Source: Nymphaea colorata (Eukaryota). Taken from it: DNA of 64,000 nt. Shown here piece after piece: positions 13,524-26,083 of the stretch. Location: NCBI RefSeq assembly GCF_008831285.2, contig NC_045138.2:28148001-28212000 (forward strand). The letters run 5' to 3'. The notes below the pieces were generated by a model. It made no database searches. It worked only from the letters and a program-made list of their open reading frames with translations, and had not been told where the DNA came from. The stretch's first letter is position 1. Each line of letters opens with the position of its first letter. A program made the translations under genes and the position numbers.

Positions 13524-14472
13524 GAACGTCGAGAATAGTGTAAAACACCTAAAACCTGAACAGTCGGGAATTGTGGTTCAATCCCAAACGGTCCAAATTG
13601 TTGGGTATTTGTGTGATATATATATATATAAGAAAATACATATGAAGTGCAAACAATGTCAACAAAATGGAAGTACAATGTGTTCAAAATAAGCGAAAAA
13701 CATATATGAAGTGCATATATCCATCCATTGCTTCATCAACTTGTATTTCATGACCTGCACGATCAGTAATAGAAGACATTGTCGATAAATATTGTAAGAA
13801 ATTAGTTACAGAAAAGGTCAAATATTATAAGGTGCCTAAATTGACGGACTGTTTGACTGTTGTAGAGGTGCATATTCTCTTAGACACTTCAAAGAAGCAT
13901 TGCAACTTTTCAAAGATGAATTTTCTTGCTCCAAAAACGTATGCGTCTTAGCAAGAAGCTATGGACATTTTTTCAATTTAGAAACCCTATAGTTTTCACT
14001 CAATGGAAATGTATCAATTTCATTTGCTGGAAGATGGACTGAGCCAACTAACTATCATAAGTCAAGGACGTTACTTTTCCATGAAGTCAAAGATTGACCA
14101 ACGGCTGCATCTGAACCGTGAGCCCATTGATTTTTGGCTTGGCCCCCAAGTTAAGTGGGAGGAGGGGACATGGGGGAATCAACAATCATGGGCCGTGTTC
14201 TATGCATTTTATATTTGCTTACATCTACTGTGGCAACAGAACCTTCCCCTAATGGTCAAACTTGGCGAAACCAGCAGCTCCTGTTTTGGTGGGCGCACGG
14301 AGACCGAACCTTTCTCCTCAAGAACGGTTTGCTTGGGCTCGGGGTTTCACGACTTGGATCTAAAATCCCCAAGCTTTGTGTCGTAGAAAAGAAAATGTTA
14401 GGCCTGCGCGCAACAGGTTCGCTCTTCTATGGGACTTCATGAATTTGGGAACTTGGTGGAGTTTCTTAGAGA

Positions 14473-14834
14473 TAGGGCTGCACACGAGCCCGAGCTTCCA
14501 GTTCGAGCTCGACTCGGCTCAAAGAACTTGAGCATGAACTTGGCTCGAACTCGAGTCGATCACTTTATAGCAAGCTCGAACTCGGCTCGACTACACAAAA
14601 TTGAGCTCGAACTCGACTCATTTAACTCGTTTAGACGTTAATTCATTTAGCATTAACTCGTATAAACATTATATAAAGTACCGGTTTGCAAGTTGAGTCG
14701 AGTATAAAAGAGTCATTTTGAGTATCTTTGTAAGTTCGAACTCCGCTCATTTATAAACGAGTCGAGCACAAGCCGAGTTTTTTCGAGTGAGTTGGAGTTG
14801 AACCCAAGTTGACTCGACTCGTTGTGCAGCCCTA
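14473..14834. mobile_element. hAT-type MITE (CTCGA-repeat family)
   Basis: TIR TAGGGCTGCAC...GTGCAGCCCTA; 8-bp TSD CTTAGAGA/TTTAGAGA (7/8); many GCTCGA/ACTCG subterminal repeats. Confidence 0.88.
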
Positions 14835-15682
14835 TTTAGAGAGTGCCAAATTCCAATGTAGGTGTTAGAATTCACGAACTTAAAAGCGTTGAGGTTAAGC
14901 AACATATCCGTGTTCTACAGGATACGGTTTTCCTGAATTTCATGAACTTGGTCACGCTTCATTATGAGTAAAAACGCTTGAATTCAAGAACTTGGTTGCC
15001 AGGACGGATCTTGAGCCTTGTCAAATTGGTCATGGCCCATTTGACGCCAAAATTTGTAGATGATGATCATGCACTTCAAGTAAATACCTGAAGTTCGAGA
15101 ACTTGGTTATACTTTTCGTGGAGCCAATTTCATGAATTTGACTATGCTTCACGCAATAAGAAAATTGTGCATTTAAAAAGCCACTTTATTTGAATATCCA
15201 GTCTTCTAGGGATTAAAAACCTCCCAACAAAGTTATTTAACAATTTCAAAGCTGCTCCCTAATAATTGGTCTCGGAATGTGAAGCAGATCTACAAAACAA
15301 TAACTCTCAAAATTCCTGAAATTTTACATGCTTAAAATAAACAACAGAATTCCAATGTCACTTTTTTTGGGTACATTCCAGTGTCACTTTCTTCATTAAG
15401 AGATCTGCAAAACCATGATCATGCTTGTTCTGGAAACCTGTGGCCTTCTGTGGTTGCAGCTTATTCTTTGAGACCCCACTGATTCTTAGTGGACAAACTT
15501 TTAAGAAACCATTTGCTTCACCAAACAAGCAGCATCGTGTTGTGTGCACGCTGTTTACTTATGTTAATTATCTGCTTTACTATTAAAACACATTAACAAA
15601 GTTTGTGGGGATCCCACATGGTCATAGGCATGACTGGTGTGGGCATGGTTCTTTTAAAAGTTTTTTATTTTTAAATAAGAAA

Positions 15683-15686
<4 letters not shown>

Positions 15687-15733
<47 letters not shown>
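15687..15733. repeat. (TA)n microsatellite
   Basis: Uninterrupted TA run; other TA runs at about 52582-52609 and 55602-55636. Confidence 0.95.
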
Positions 15734-15738
<5 letters not shown>

Positions 15739-16746
15739 GTGTTCCACCAAATTTAAGTATTTTTAAATAAGTGCTGCCACCGCTATTTGGTCAACCTGCA
15801 TGTTGCTATTCAGAGGCCCACATTATGGAAATATGAACGAATAATGAAATTGGATTGGATTAGGCAAGCTTATCGATAAGATTATTCCATCTTATTTGCA
15901 GGACCAAATATCAAGGTCGGAGTGGATTTTTGTGACTTAATGACATTTAGAGTTTCATAGTTTTCTAAAACCCACCTCTGACTTGTGTAGGCGACTACGG
16001 GTCCATGCCTGCTTTTGAATATTAATAAACTCATTCACAACATGCCAGCATTTAAAATTTTAATGATTTTAAGATCCGGAGTGAAAAAGGGAGAAGTTAT
16101 CAAGCCCGTTCAGGTGGGTCCGACTAAGCCCAGTATTTTAAATATTATTTTTATTGATTTATATATAACTAAAATATTTTATTATTATTAACAAAATTTA
16201 TATATTATTTTGTATTAAAAATATATATTTTTAATTTTAACTGGGTTTCAGATGTTAGGCCTGAGCCTCAGTTAAGAGCTGAACTACCGCCCTGGCCGAT
16301 GCCAAGGAATCCTGATTCCAGCCGGCTCTCGTAACTTTATTTTTGGAAAAGAAAAATCCAGAAATATGGGTTCTCAATTTCTCACCCGAGTTTGGCAGGC
16401 GGTACTATTTAGCCAGATAAACGGTTTGCTACGGGAATGGCAAATAGATAGATCCAATTCTTCGTTTTTCTAATTCCATATGCATTTTCTAAGTTGAAAC
16501 TGGAACTCAGAGAGCGACAAATTAGATTTTCAGTTTTTTGATTGTTGCAGATTGCGCCATTTTCACAGGATTGGAGGATTCTCGGAACCATGGGAAGGCA
16601 TGTAAGCATCGTCCCCTCGGTCCACCTCCGAACATCTTCAAAACTTGGTGGTTTTCTTCATCAGAGAAAGAAAAGATCAGAGGGAAATAGTTTCTTTGAC
16701 ATATCAGCTAAAGGAAAGACAACAGATCACAGAGACAGGAATTTAA

Positions 16747-19700
16747 CTAGACTTGAATTTCGCCGTCATTATTTGCAGCAGTGCTGAAATAAAGATAGGT
16801 CGAAGTGCCATCAAATTTTGACGGCAACAGGTGAGCCGTCAACCCTTTGTACCGATTCTCAAGGCTTGCAATGCAGAGTTCATAGACCTTCCTTGACATG
16901 TGGTCTTCTTTGTAGAATGGTTGCTCCAAGAATTCATCGATAGGCATCCACTGCATGTGAAATTGAGTGACAGTTAGTGAATTTCTTCAGGCAATTAATG
17001 GCGATTTATTGGTATTTAATAAAATAATTAAAGCCTTCTTACCTTGGATGCTTGGATTTCCAATTCGTCAATGGTGATTTGAGTAGACAGTGGTTTCAGC
17101 ATGCAAATGAAGAATAGATCAGACTTCTCAAATGCGACACAGTGCGCATGCCTGAGGTTCAGCAGAAGGTTAGTTCATCCACAAGTTGCAGTATTGTTGA
17201 GGTTGAGTTTGAATTGATAGAAAAGCAACAGATGTTAGAGCATACAAAGACAGAAGTAACAAAATAGCAGAAATGGGCATGACAGAGACTGAATTTGAAG
17301 GAAAAAACATCTTCCGTTTCTCGCCAATTTGATTCAGGATTTGCTCATTGGATGGTGGAAGAGAGCTTTTTCTGACAATATTGTTAACTGGGAAACATAA
17401 TTATCATCTAATTACAGTATAGGAATTTAATATATCATATAAAATTAAATTTTATATAAAAAATGAGTTATATATATATATATATATATGTCATAATGTC
17501 TGAGAGGACAGCAGTACTATGAACATGACATATGAGCACGTTACACGTTATGGCAACTATCCAGTTTGAGAAGAGTATCAAGTTGGCAGGAAATTCTGTG
17601 GGCAATACAGGACCTCAAGGGACGCAGCAAAGCAGTAGCGAATATTCTGATTAATTAGCTAATTAATTATAGAAAAGTACAAAAATGAACAGCAAAGTTA
17701 CTATTTTTAAGTAGTCAACATGAGATTATTATGACTTAGATTGGACTAACTGTCCAAATCCGTGTTCTACACTTCATGGTGCTCAAATACTTATATATAT
17801 GTAATAAAAGCAATCGATAGATTCATAAATTAATTTCAGGCCCTATGACCCACAATCGATAGTTTCATGTATTAATTTCAGGCCATATGACCCACGAGAA
17901 GGAATCTATGCTAAAGTTTGAAGCTAATCACATTCATGTTCAGAAGACTGATTTTCTTTTACGTACCTGAAAGCAATCACTTCCAGAAAGTCAGTATCAA
18001 TCTGAAGAAACAAAAAGAAAAACGAAGCCTTAGAAAATGAACTGGAAAGTAGCTAACTGCAATATACCATGAATGGCCAGACAAAAGTAATATGTGGAAC
18101 GGTGCATACCCCAGTTTCTTCCTTCACCTCACGAATTGCACCAGCGAATATCTCTTCAGACTGAAAACAGTCAAAATGGACACTTATGTTGTTGTTTCTT
18201 TAAAATGCTAATGACTATGAGGAAAGGCAACAAAGGAAAATATCATAAAAAACAAATTCTTTCATGTTTTTTTGCTTAAAGTGGTTCCAAAATAGTCTCT
18301 TTCTTCTTTTTCCCCAACTCAATCATGTGGTCCTCCTGAATAAGGACCTTCTTTGGCTTATGTAAGAGTTGGGCTCCCATAGAGTTCGGACTTTTTATGA
18401 AAGCAAAAAAGAGCATTTTTCATGAGATGATTAAGAGTGTTTAACCATCAAAGGTGGCGAGCAGGTAGGAACGGAGAAATGAAATCCCAACTCTGCTGCC
18501 ATTAATCATGGTGTTGTCCTCTTAAGTCTTGGTGATCGAGCCTCACCCACCTTATGAAAAATTAAGAAAGTTTGGACTCCGATTCCAAAAGACAACCTTT
18601 TTTCTTTACCTTATGAATGACACCTGTTGGGAGTTTCCATACACCTGAGCACGCTAAATTGCACTGCTTTTCTTGCACCACAAGAATCTACAACTCATAA
18701 CAAAATGAACAGAGTCGAAATTGTTATTACAAACTCCAACTTTCAACCTAGGAAATTCCAAGATGGAACTCAATTGCAGGAGATTGAGGGGAACAAAAAA
18801 ATTGCATATACCTCTCTGTTTTCATTCATCACGAATCCTCCTACACCAACTTGATGAGACGCATTAGCAGGAAGCACACAAGGCTCATCCGGAATCCAAT
18901 AGGTTAACATTACATATCCTGGTTCTGCGTGATGATATTTAAAGCCTTCCTGCAAGCATATTCCATGGAAGTTCTAAATGTTGCAGATGATGGTAATGGT
19001 AAACAGACATTCAATGTCAGTAAAAGGTCTACAGACTTGTTTGGCAGAAGTGTGGCCAGAGTATCTCAACTTCTTGTAACATGCACAATTACAACTTAGA
19101 ACACGTTCGAATTCACCATTGACAGATACAACAAAGTCGTGGTCGTTTAGAATAAGATATTAGGATCCTGGGCTTGAAGGTGGAAAAGAAAAAAGGAAAA
19201 TTTTGCTTGAGCTTCACCTTTCTGCCACAATGGCGTTTTTTAGATGGAAGAGGGCCATTTGGAATATTAAAATAGACAACATCAGATGTTTTTTATTTGA
19301 CAAAATTGCGAAGACATATCCAAAGTTTTGAGGCATGAAGATTGTCTTTGGTAGTAGTGATCTATAGGCTATTTTAGAATTTTTAATAGAAGGAAGCATA
19401 CGATCAAGAAAGACACATGCACTTGGTACCTTCACAGCAACTGGAATAAGATCAGACTGCTCTGCTAATATTTTCAACCATATACCCCTCTTACCCTGTA
19501 TTATTAACACATAAAACAAGCATTCGTTAGCTTCTTCCTTCTAGAAATCTAGATGCTTGGGATTGTTTTTCATTAAAAAACAGAAATTTCAAAGGCTTTG
19601 CAGGAGACAACAGTAAAGGTCGCTTCTGTTAAGAGTTTCTGCACCACCTTCGATTCCCAGTAAGAAAGTGATGAACGAAGTATGGAAGCAAACGAATTCG

Positions 19701-20682
19701 TGCAGGACGGCAGGGACTTAGGGTCAATGATGGCTCCACCATATTCATCATCATATGACTCCAGCAGCTCAACAGTCTCTTTAACTGCTGTATCAATTGA
19801 AATGGCGTTGGTTCTTCTTCTTTCATATGCATTGTCACTAAGTATACCCGTTTTGAGAGCAATTGGAAGATACTTTTTTCTTGTGCTTGATACAGCCAAT
19901 TGACCGGGTTTGAACCTGAGACCTGGTCCATGACAATCGAACCGTAAAAATTAGAGCTAAAAACTTTCACAAACATAGAGAAAAATATTTTACATCAATA
20001 AAACAACAGTTTAATTTCTAGATAATACGAATCAGGAAAGTTCTTAAGAACGCATAAAGAATAAGCAGAACTATAATTTTGATTTGGAGGAAGATATATC
20101 AAAGACTATAATTTGCAGTCTTCATATTTCAGATTGATGTTCAAAATCGGACGTGCTTAAACGACTTCAGAAACCAACATGGACCTCGACGGTTACCTCC
20201 AAGGTATGCAAATCCAACAGCAAAAAATCTCGACTGAAAAAGGTTCAAAGTCACACCTAAAGATTTGTTACTAATAAAAAACACTTAAATTTTTTGCATC
20301 AGTTAAAAAAGGCCCACACACGTTTATTTTTTGTCAAGTTCACAGTTAAATTAGTAAAAAAGAAAAAAAGAAATAGTTCACACATAAAAAAACATGCAAA
20401 ATATTATATCTGACTTCAAATTCACTTATTTTTCCTTTCACTTTGCATTTTTGCAATTTTTTTCTCGAAGATCAACTCAAGCAGAGCTACGAGTGGCTGT
20501 ATGGCAATCGACGGCGGACTTCATGGAGTTCCAAAAAAAAAAAAGGATCACCCGAAGCACAGATTACCGCTCTGGGTCCCCACCATATGGGGACTGTAAT
20601 TTTTGCACCAAGAGAGCCTCTGCTCCAAGACTCCGTTCTGGAAGTATGGTGTAGATAGGTTCCTCCCCATCATGATCTCCAT
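16747..20682 (-). CDS. NUDT8: Nudix hydrolase 8-like, ~366 aa, 10 exons
   Basis: Exons 20682-20568, 20233-20197, 19915-19648, 19495-19430, 18949-18812, 18687-18610, 18160-18110, 18001-17967, 17151-17043, 16950-16747. Motifs YDDEYGG, GKRGIWLK, EGFKYHHAEPGYVMLTYWIP, ANASHQVGVGGFV, Nudix box GVIHKSEEIFAGAIREVKEETGI. The first two exons are inferred from splice signals and phase compatibility only (less certain). Confidence 0.92.
17811..17894 (+). repeat. 42-bp tandem duplication (2 copies) in a NUDT8 intron
   Basis: CAATCGATAG...TTAATTTCAGGCC(C/A)TATGACCCA x2. Confidence 0.88.
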
Positions 20683-22644
20683 TGCAATTGAAGCAAAATG
20701 TACGAATTGCTTGCTACCCACTGCTTCGAGACGAAGAAGTTGAGCACATGTATAGGTTCTGGAAAAGGTCCTGATCTTGGGACTAAGGCTGGCTGACAAA
20801 CTATGTTATCCTCTCGAAGGTGCCTAGTTCTCCAAGCACATTCTCTGTTCGTTGAAGCTTCCAAACAAGCTGCGGATTAGCAGCATATTCTCCATCCTCT
20901 TGTTCAAGTTGTGGTGCAATTCGGAACAATAGTTTGTTCAACTTACTGATGCTCATTTCGTCTAACTTTTTCCAATTGATAGAATCAGCAACCATTTTTT
21001 TCGAGATCTTTCTGTAAGCAAGATGGCAATCTTCAATTTAAAGCTCTTAAATCTGGTTCTTTAGCCTGATTGACAGAATTCTTATCAGTGAAGAATACGG
21101 AGCTTGTCTTCTTAACAATTGTATATCACATCGCATAGCAGTCCGAATCTTATGGCTTATTAAAAGCAGCATGCTTTACGTCCGCATCAATGTTAATTGT
21201 TAAAGCGTAAACATCTAAAAAATTGATGGTTTGCCTCCAAATTAACGTCGACTGACCAAATGTGAGATCAACGGTCCGCCTTGATGGGCAGTCTAACAGT
21301 GCGTGAGACCTCACGGTGATTCTCTTGTGCAAAAGTTGATGTGATTCATGTGATCAATGAGTAAAAAGTCATTCTGTAGGGAAGTAAATCGCTTCCTTCT
21401 CTTTGATAAGTGCATAAGCAGGTGTTGCCTTGTAAAAACGTGGAAAACTAACGATGACCAATTATCATTATAATCAGCCGGAGGACCGGAGCCTATTATG
21501 TGATGTCAAAGCTAATGAGATAGAACTTTTTGGAGCTCTACAAAAATGAAAACTACAAATCATTATGTGAATAATTGAATATTATTGACAAAGACCTGAG
21601 TCTTTTTCATCGAGTGAACTTAAAACTACAAGGAAAAATACCGAAAGAATCTAAGGCAGAAACGCATATGTACCAAATTCACTGTGTTGTCAACTTGCTC
21701 TCACTTAAGTATCGGTAAAAGAATTTGTTAGACCAAGAAATTACACGAACTAAAGTCACATAAGCATAAAGCTGAAAAACCACTAGTAGCTAGCAATATA
21801 TTTAACAAAAGGTGCATAATTATGCCAGAATTTGTTCCTCTAGTACCATCTATCATTTTGTCGCAATAAATGGATAAGTCTGAAAGGGACAGGGACAAAG
21901 AAGTTATCTATCAGAATCTAAGGGTTCTGAAAAGTGGAATATGATACATAAGAATAAAAGAATCACCTCAAGAATATAAATATTGACGACAAGTGGACCA
22001 ATGTTGGGTTTGTTAACGAAGGGCCAAGCAGTTGCCCATTTGGTGCAATTTCTCAAACTTAGAAAGCATTTAAAGGAGCTTTCTGCAGATGCCTCCTCCA
22101 TCCTCATGGCATTTCCCAGCATGGGCACTGCACCTTTCTTCAGAAAACCCCGTCATGTTATAAGCAAAAAAGTTATTTTCTGCAGACATTGGCAAAAGAC
22201 AAAATGGGCCCCTTAGATGAGGCATTTGGATCAATGAAGGCTCTGGAACACTAGAAAGGAATAAGTGCTTTTGGATATTGGAGAAACGCCAGCCGGGGAA
22301 TGGGTTTTCCCAAGCATGTTTGGCAGAATATTGGGTAGCATCGTTAAAATTTTGGTTGGTTCACAGAAACAAAGTGCCTTGTAGGGAAACTTAGTTGTCG
22401 AATTGTGTTTTCACAGGCGATTTTAAGAGACAGAAACCGGTCATTTATGTTAAGGTGAAAAAGATGTCTACAACAGTCCTTCACAATAATATTATCAGGG
22501 AAAACACTGCTGTCGTGCTGGGTGCCTCCCTTGTCCCTTCAGTGTATTTTAGAAAAGGAACCTTCATTGTATACGCATGCAGCTCTACCACTATGAGCTC
22601 GAGTTGTAGGTTCTCATTTTAAGATTGGACAAGTTGAACTTTTA

Positions 22645-22799
22645 GGGGCTGTTTGACATTAGAAACACCACATAAGAGTGTTTCCTGAATTTATCTCGGA
22701 TTCATCATATACTTATTCAAGTGTTTTATGAAATTATCTTAACCTTGAAACAGATTCATGAAACACTCGTGCATCTTGTTCTAAATGCCAAACGGCCCC
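22645..22799. mobile_element. Tourist/PIF-Harbinger MITE
   Basis: TIR GGGGCTGTTTG...CAAACGGCCCC flanked by a TTA/TTA 3-bp TSD. Confidence 0.8.
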
Positions 22800-24500
22800 T
22801 TAAAGGCTCAAATCAAACTCAACTGGTCTAACTGATCAGCTCGCCAATACCATTACTTCGCAGATGTGTAGAGCTCCTATCGAGTTGTTAAGATTATTTA
22901 GTAAACAAGTCTCAGGCGTGGAAATTTAAATTACTGATTGAAGCTTATCAGCACTACCTTATAGTACTAAAGCTGAAAGAAACCAATTTTATATATACCT
23001 GTCAAACCTGTAGTGAGGCTTGAACAAGGGAAATTGAGTTCGTGAAGGCAGGGACACGTCCCACTATGAAAATTCAGCTTAATCAGGAAGTTAATTCCCA
23101 TAGATTAATCATAGGTTGCTGCTTATGTCCCCGTTTGTTTAATTGTTTTCTCCTGTTTGAAATTCAAACGTTTCTCCTATCTCCTGGTGAATAAAGTAAA
23201 AGTACTCTCCCCAGCTAAAAAGATGTACCATTTCACTGTGTTTGATAGAGTACTCAGTCGATGTAACACCAAAGACGTGATTTAAAATATACGCTGCTGT
23301 GAAATCCACTGTTCAAACAAACAATTGATTTTTATATCCACAGTTTTATAATGTATTGTGCATGCAGACGATAGATCTTAGATCCGTGCACTTCTCAAAT
23401 CACCTTTAAGTCTTAGGTTCCAGGCTACTAAACAGAGCTGCTAAACAGTAGTCAAATTCCGACTAACATACTCTCCTTGCCATGCCTCTCTACGTTTTTT
23501 AAAACCAATTATCCTAAGAAAGAACTTGGACCGGCAGGCAGCGGGAAAACGTTTTGAATGTACCTTTCATTTTACAAACTAACAAGCAGAGCAATTTTTT
23601 TTGCGATTTGCAATTTTTTTTATGCAAGCAGAGCAATTTATTTGAACGACAAATCGTCGATTTGAGAGAGAATACAGCTGGTTTGAAAAAAGATTTGTGT
23701 CTGGGAGAATGATACTTGTTGATTGATGATAATCATAGATTCATGATATTAATCACAAACACATTTTCAAGTTCCATTTGACAAAGAAAAATTATATGTT
23801 GAACTGTGATCTAACACACTCCATACTTATTTATTCATAATGTGTTGTTAACATATGATGACTTATGAATGTCCATTAGTCATTATTTTTCCCAACTTTT
23901 ATGATTTTTCATAATTTTCCTTTTTTTAATTTTTTTTTATGAATTAAAGAATACTAATTTGATATGGATAAAATACAATACTGTATGTTACGATACAACG
24001 AATAGGTTGGTCTAACCAATACACAATAAGATATGCTTTTTATAATATTAAGTCATATGAGCTTTGTAGATTTTTCAGTCCGAGTTTGGATGAGGCTTCA
24101 TATGGCCGGAGGATTTCAGCTATATATGTGTGTGTGCTTGTGTGTGAAAACAGTCTTTTCATGTTCAATTAGATTGGTTGTTTGGCACATTTTGCATGCT
24201 CCTTTTAGGGGCTGGTTAACAACAATAACATTATATTACTGTCCCCAAGACTTGGTTACATTTATTGGACATTTTAAAATGTATTCCATGAATCTGTCCT
24301 TTAAGGTGCATTTGATAGCCTCATATCTTGGGATCTACCAACAAATCCATGGTTTTAACAAACTATGGATTTTCCAAGTAAGGATTTCAAAGCCTCAAAA
24401 AAACATGAAGTACACGATTTTTAAATTGTTGGGGGAGAGGTCCGATCTCTCGTGCCGATCATAGATCCACACAAGAAACTATGGCGATAACCAGCCGCTC

Positions 24501-24501
<1 letters not shown>

Positions 24502-24537
<36 letters not shown>

Positions 24538-24552
24538 TGTGTGTGTGTGTGT
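24502..24552. repeat. Compound (AG)n/(GT)n microsatellite
   Basis: AG run 24502-24531 followed by a GT run. Other CT/GA runs at about 37260-37285 (MPP-alpha leader) and 54773-54795. Confidence 0.9.
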
Positions 24553-26083
24553 ATGTGTTATGTTTAGGGTTTCACTATTTGAATTTTGTTCTACAGGATA
24601 TCATTCAATATTAGTGTTTATTATGGAAGCTATCATTTAGCGGCTTTGAGGGCCGTAAGGTAACTGGTCGGACTGGTAGGTTGCATATGGCAGGTAATCA
24701 GTTTGATTTCTGTGTGTGTCGTTTTCTTGCACCCAGGGGCGGAGATAAGTGTGGTCTTCCTGGGCTTTATGTCTTATATACATCATTTTTTAGAAGAATA
24801 ATTTAGTTGTTGAATCGAAATAAACTTGGATCCAATTATATAGGATAGTGCTACGAAACTCGGGATCGCTGTACCATCACAGGGAACAGGATCTGGTAGT
24901 CCTAAACTCTAAACCCTATCTAACAGAAGATACATATCAAAGGCATGAACAGGGAAGAAAGATTTGAATTAAATGAACTAATTAATGAACAGAAACTCAA
25001 CAGTCTCCGGCGATCAAGATAAATCAACATCTCATCTACTTAATAAATGAGATGTCTAGTTATTTAAAGCAATTAAATTCCACTTTAAACTAAGCAATCG
25101 ACTTAATAAAAGACTTCCAATGAGGTAGGTTAGGTCGCTTCCGAAAAGAATATAAAACATCAATTATCCAGACACCTTGGCAATTCAAACAATAGAGGAT
25201 TGGTGGTGTTACGACCTGATTCAAGATCGACACCTGTACATCACCTGCTCACCACCTCTTGGAAGCGGAAACCTTTAATTTAACTCTGAATATATCGGAT
25301 CAATAATTGGTAAGGGGGCCATCTATTTGGCCAACTTGATTGAATGATTGGTTCATCTTGCAACAAAGTTAGCAAGGACGTTTTTTGAATGTTCTCAATT
25401 TATCGTTAGACATTGAGCTGATTTTCTCGTGCGAATCTCGACTGCACTGATCTTGTTAAAAGTTTGAAAAATAAAAAATAAAGCTTCAACATTAACTAGG
25501 GACACTAACATTAATATAAATTTGAATTTTCTAGTAAGATTTTATCATTTGTAATTTCGAAAACATTTGTTTGTTCAACTCCTTTTTTATGTCACATATT
25601 ATTCTGAAATTCCAAGCTACCAACAGCGCCAGATGGTTCCACTCTGTTATTAGGCTCTAAATTTCCAAAAACATAATGTATTTTGAAAAGGGAAAGAGGA
25701 GCCCCCATCATCAAATGCTAGGCTTGTATATAGAAATTCAAAAATATGAGTCTTGTTTGTGGGATTATATTTAAAATCAGGCCATGAGTGGCAATTCCGA
25801 CGGCGTGAAGAACCGGTGGTTCTTCGGGAAAAGAAGTTCAGAAAAGCCAAATCAGACTCCCTCCCTCTAACAGTTCCTTTTCCATCCTTCGATTGAGCGG
25901 TGCCCTTTCTTGTTGATTGATCAAAAGGACCGCTTTTGTTTCTGATTGATCACAGGGATTGCTTATATTGAACAATTTGAAAATGTTTGAAGCTCTTTTT
26001 CTCGGGGAAAAGGTCCTTGTCGGCGCCATGGTTTAAGGGCGCCCTGCAATCTGTAGTGTCTCCCCTCTCAGCAAATTTTGCAA

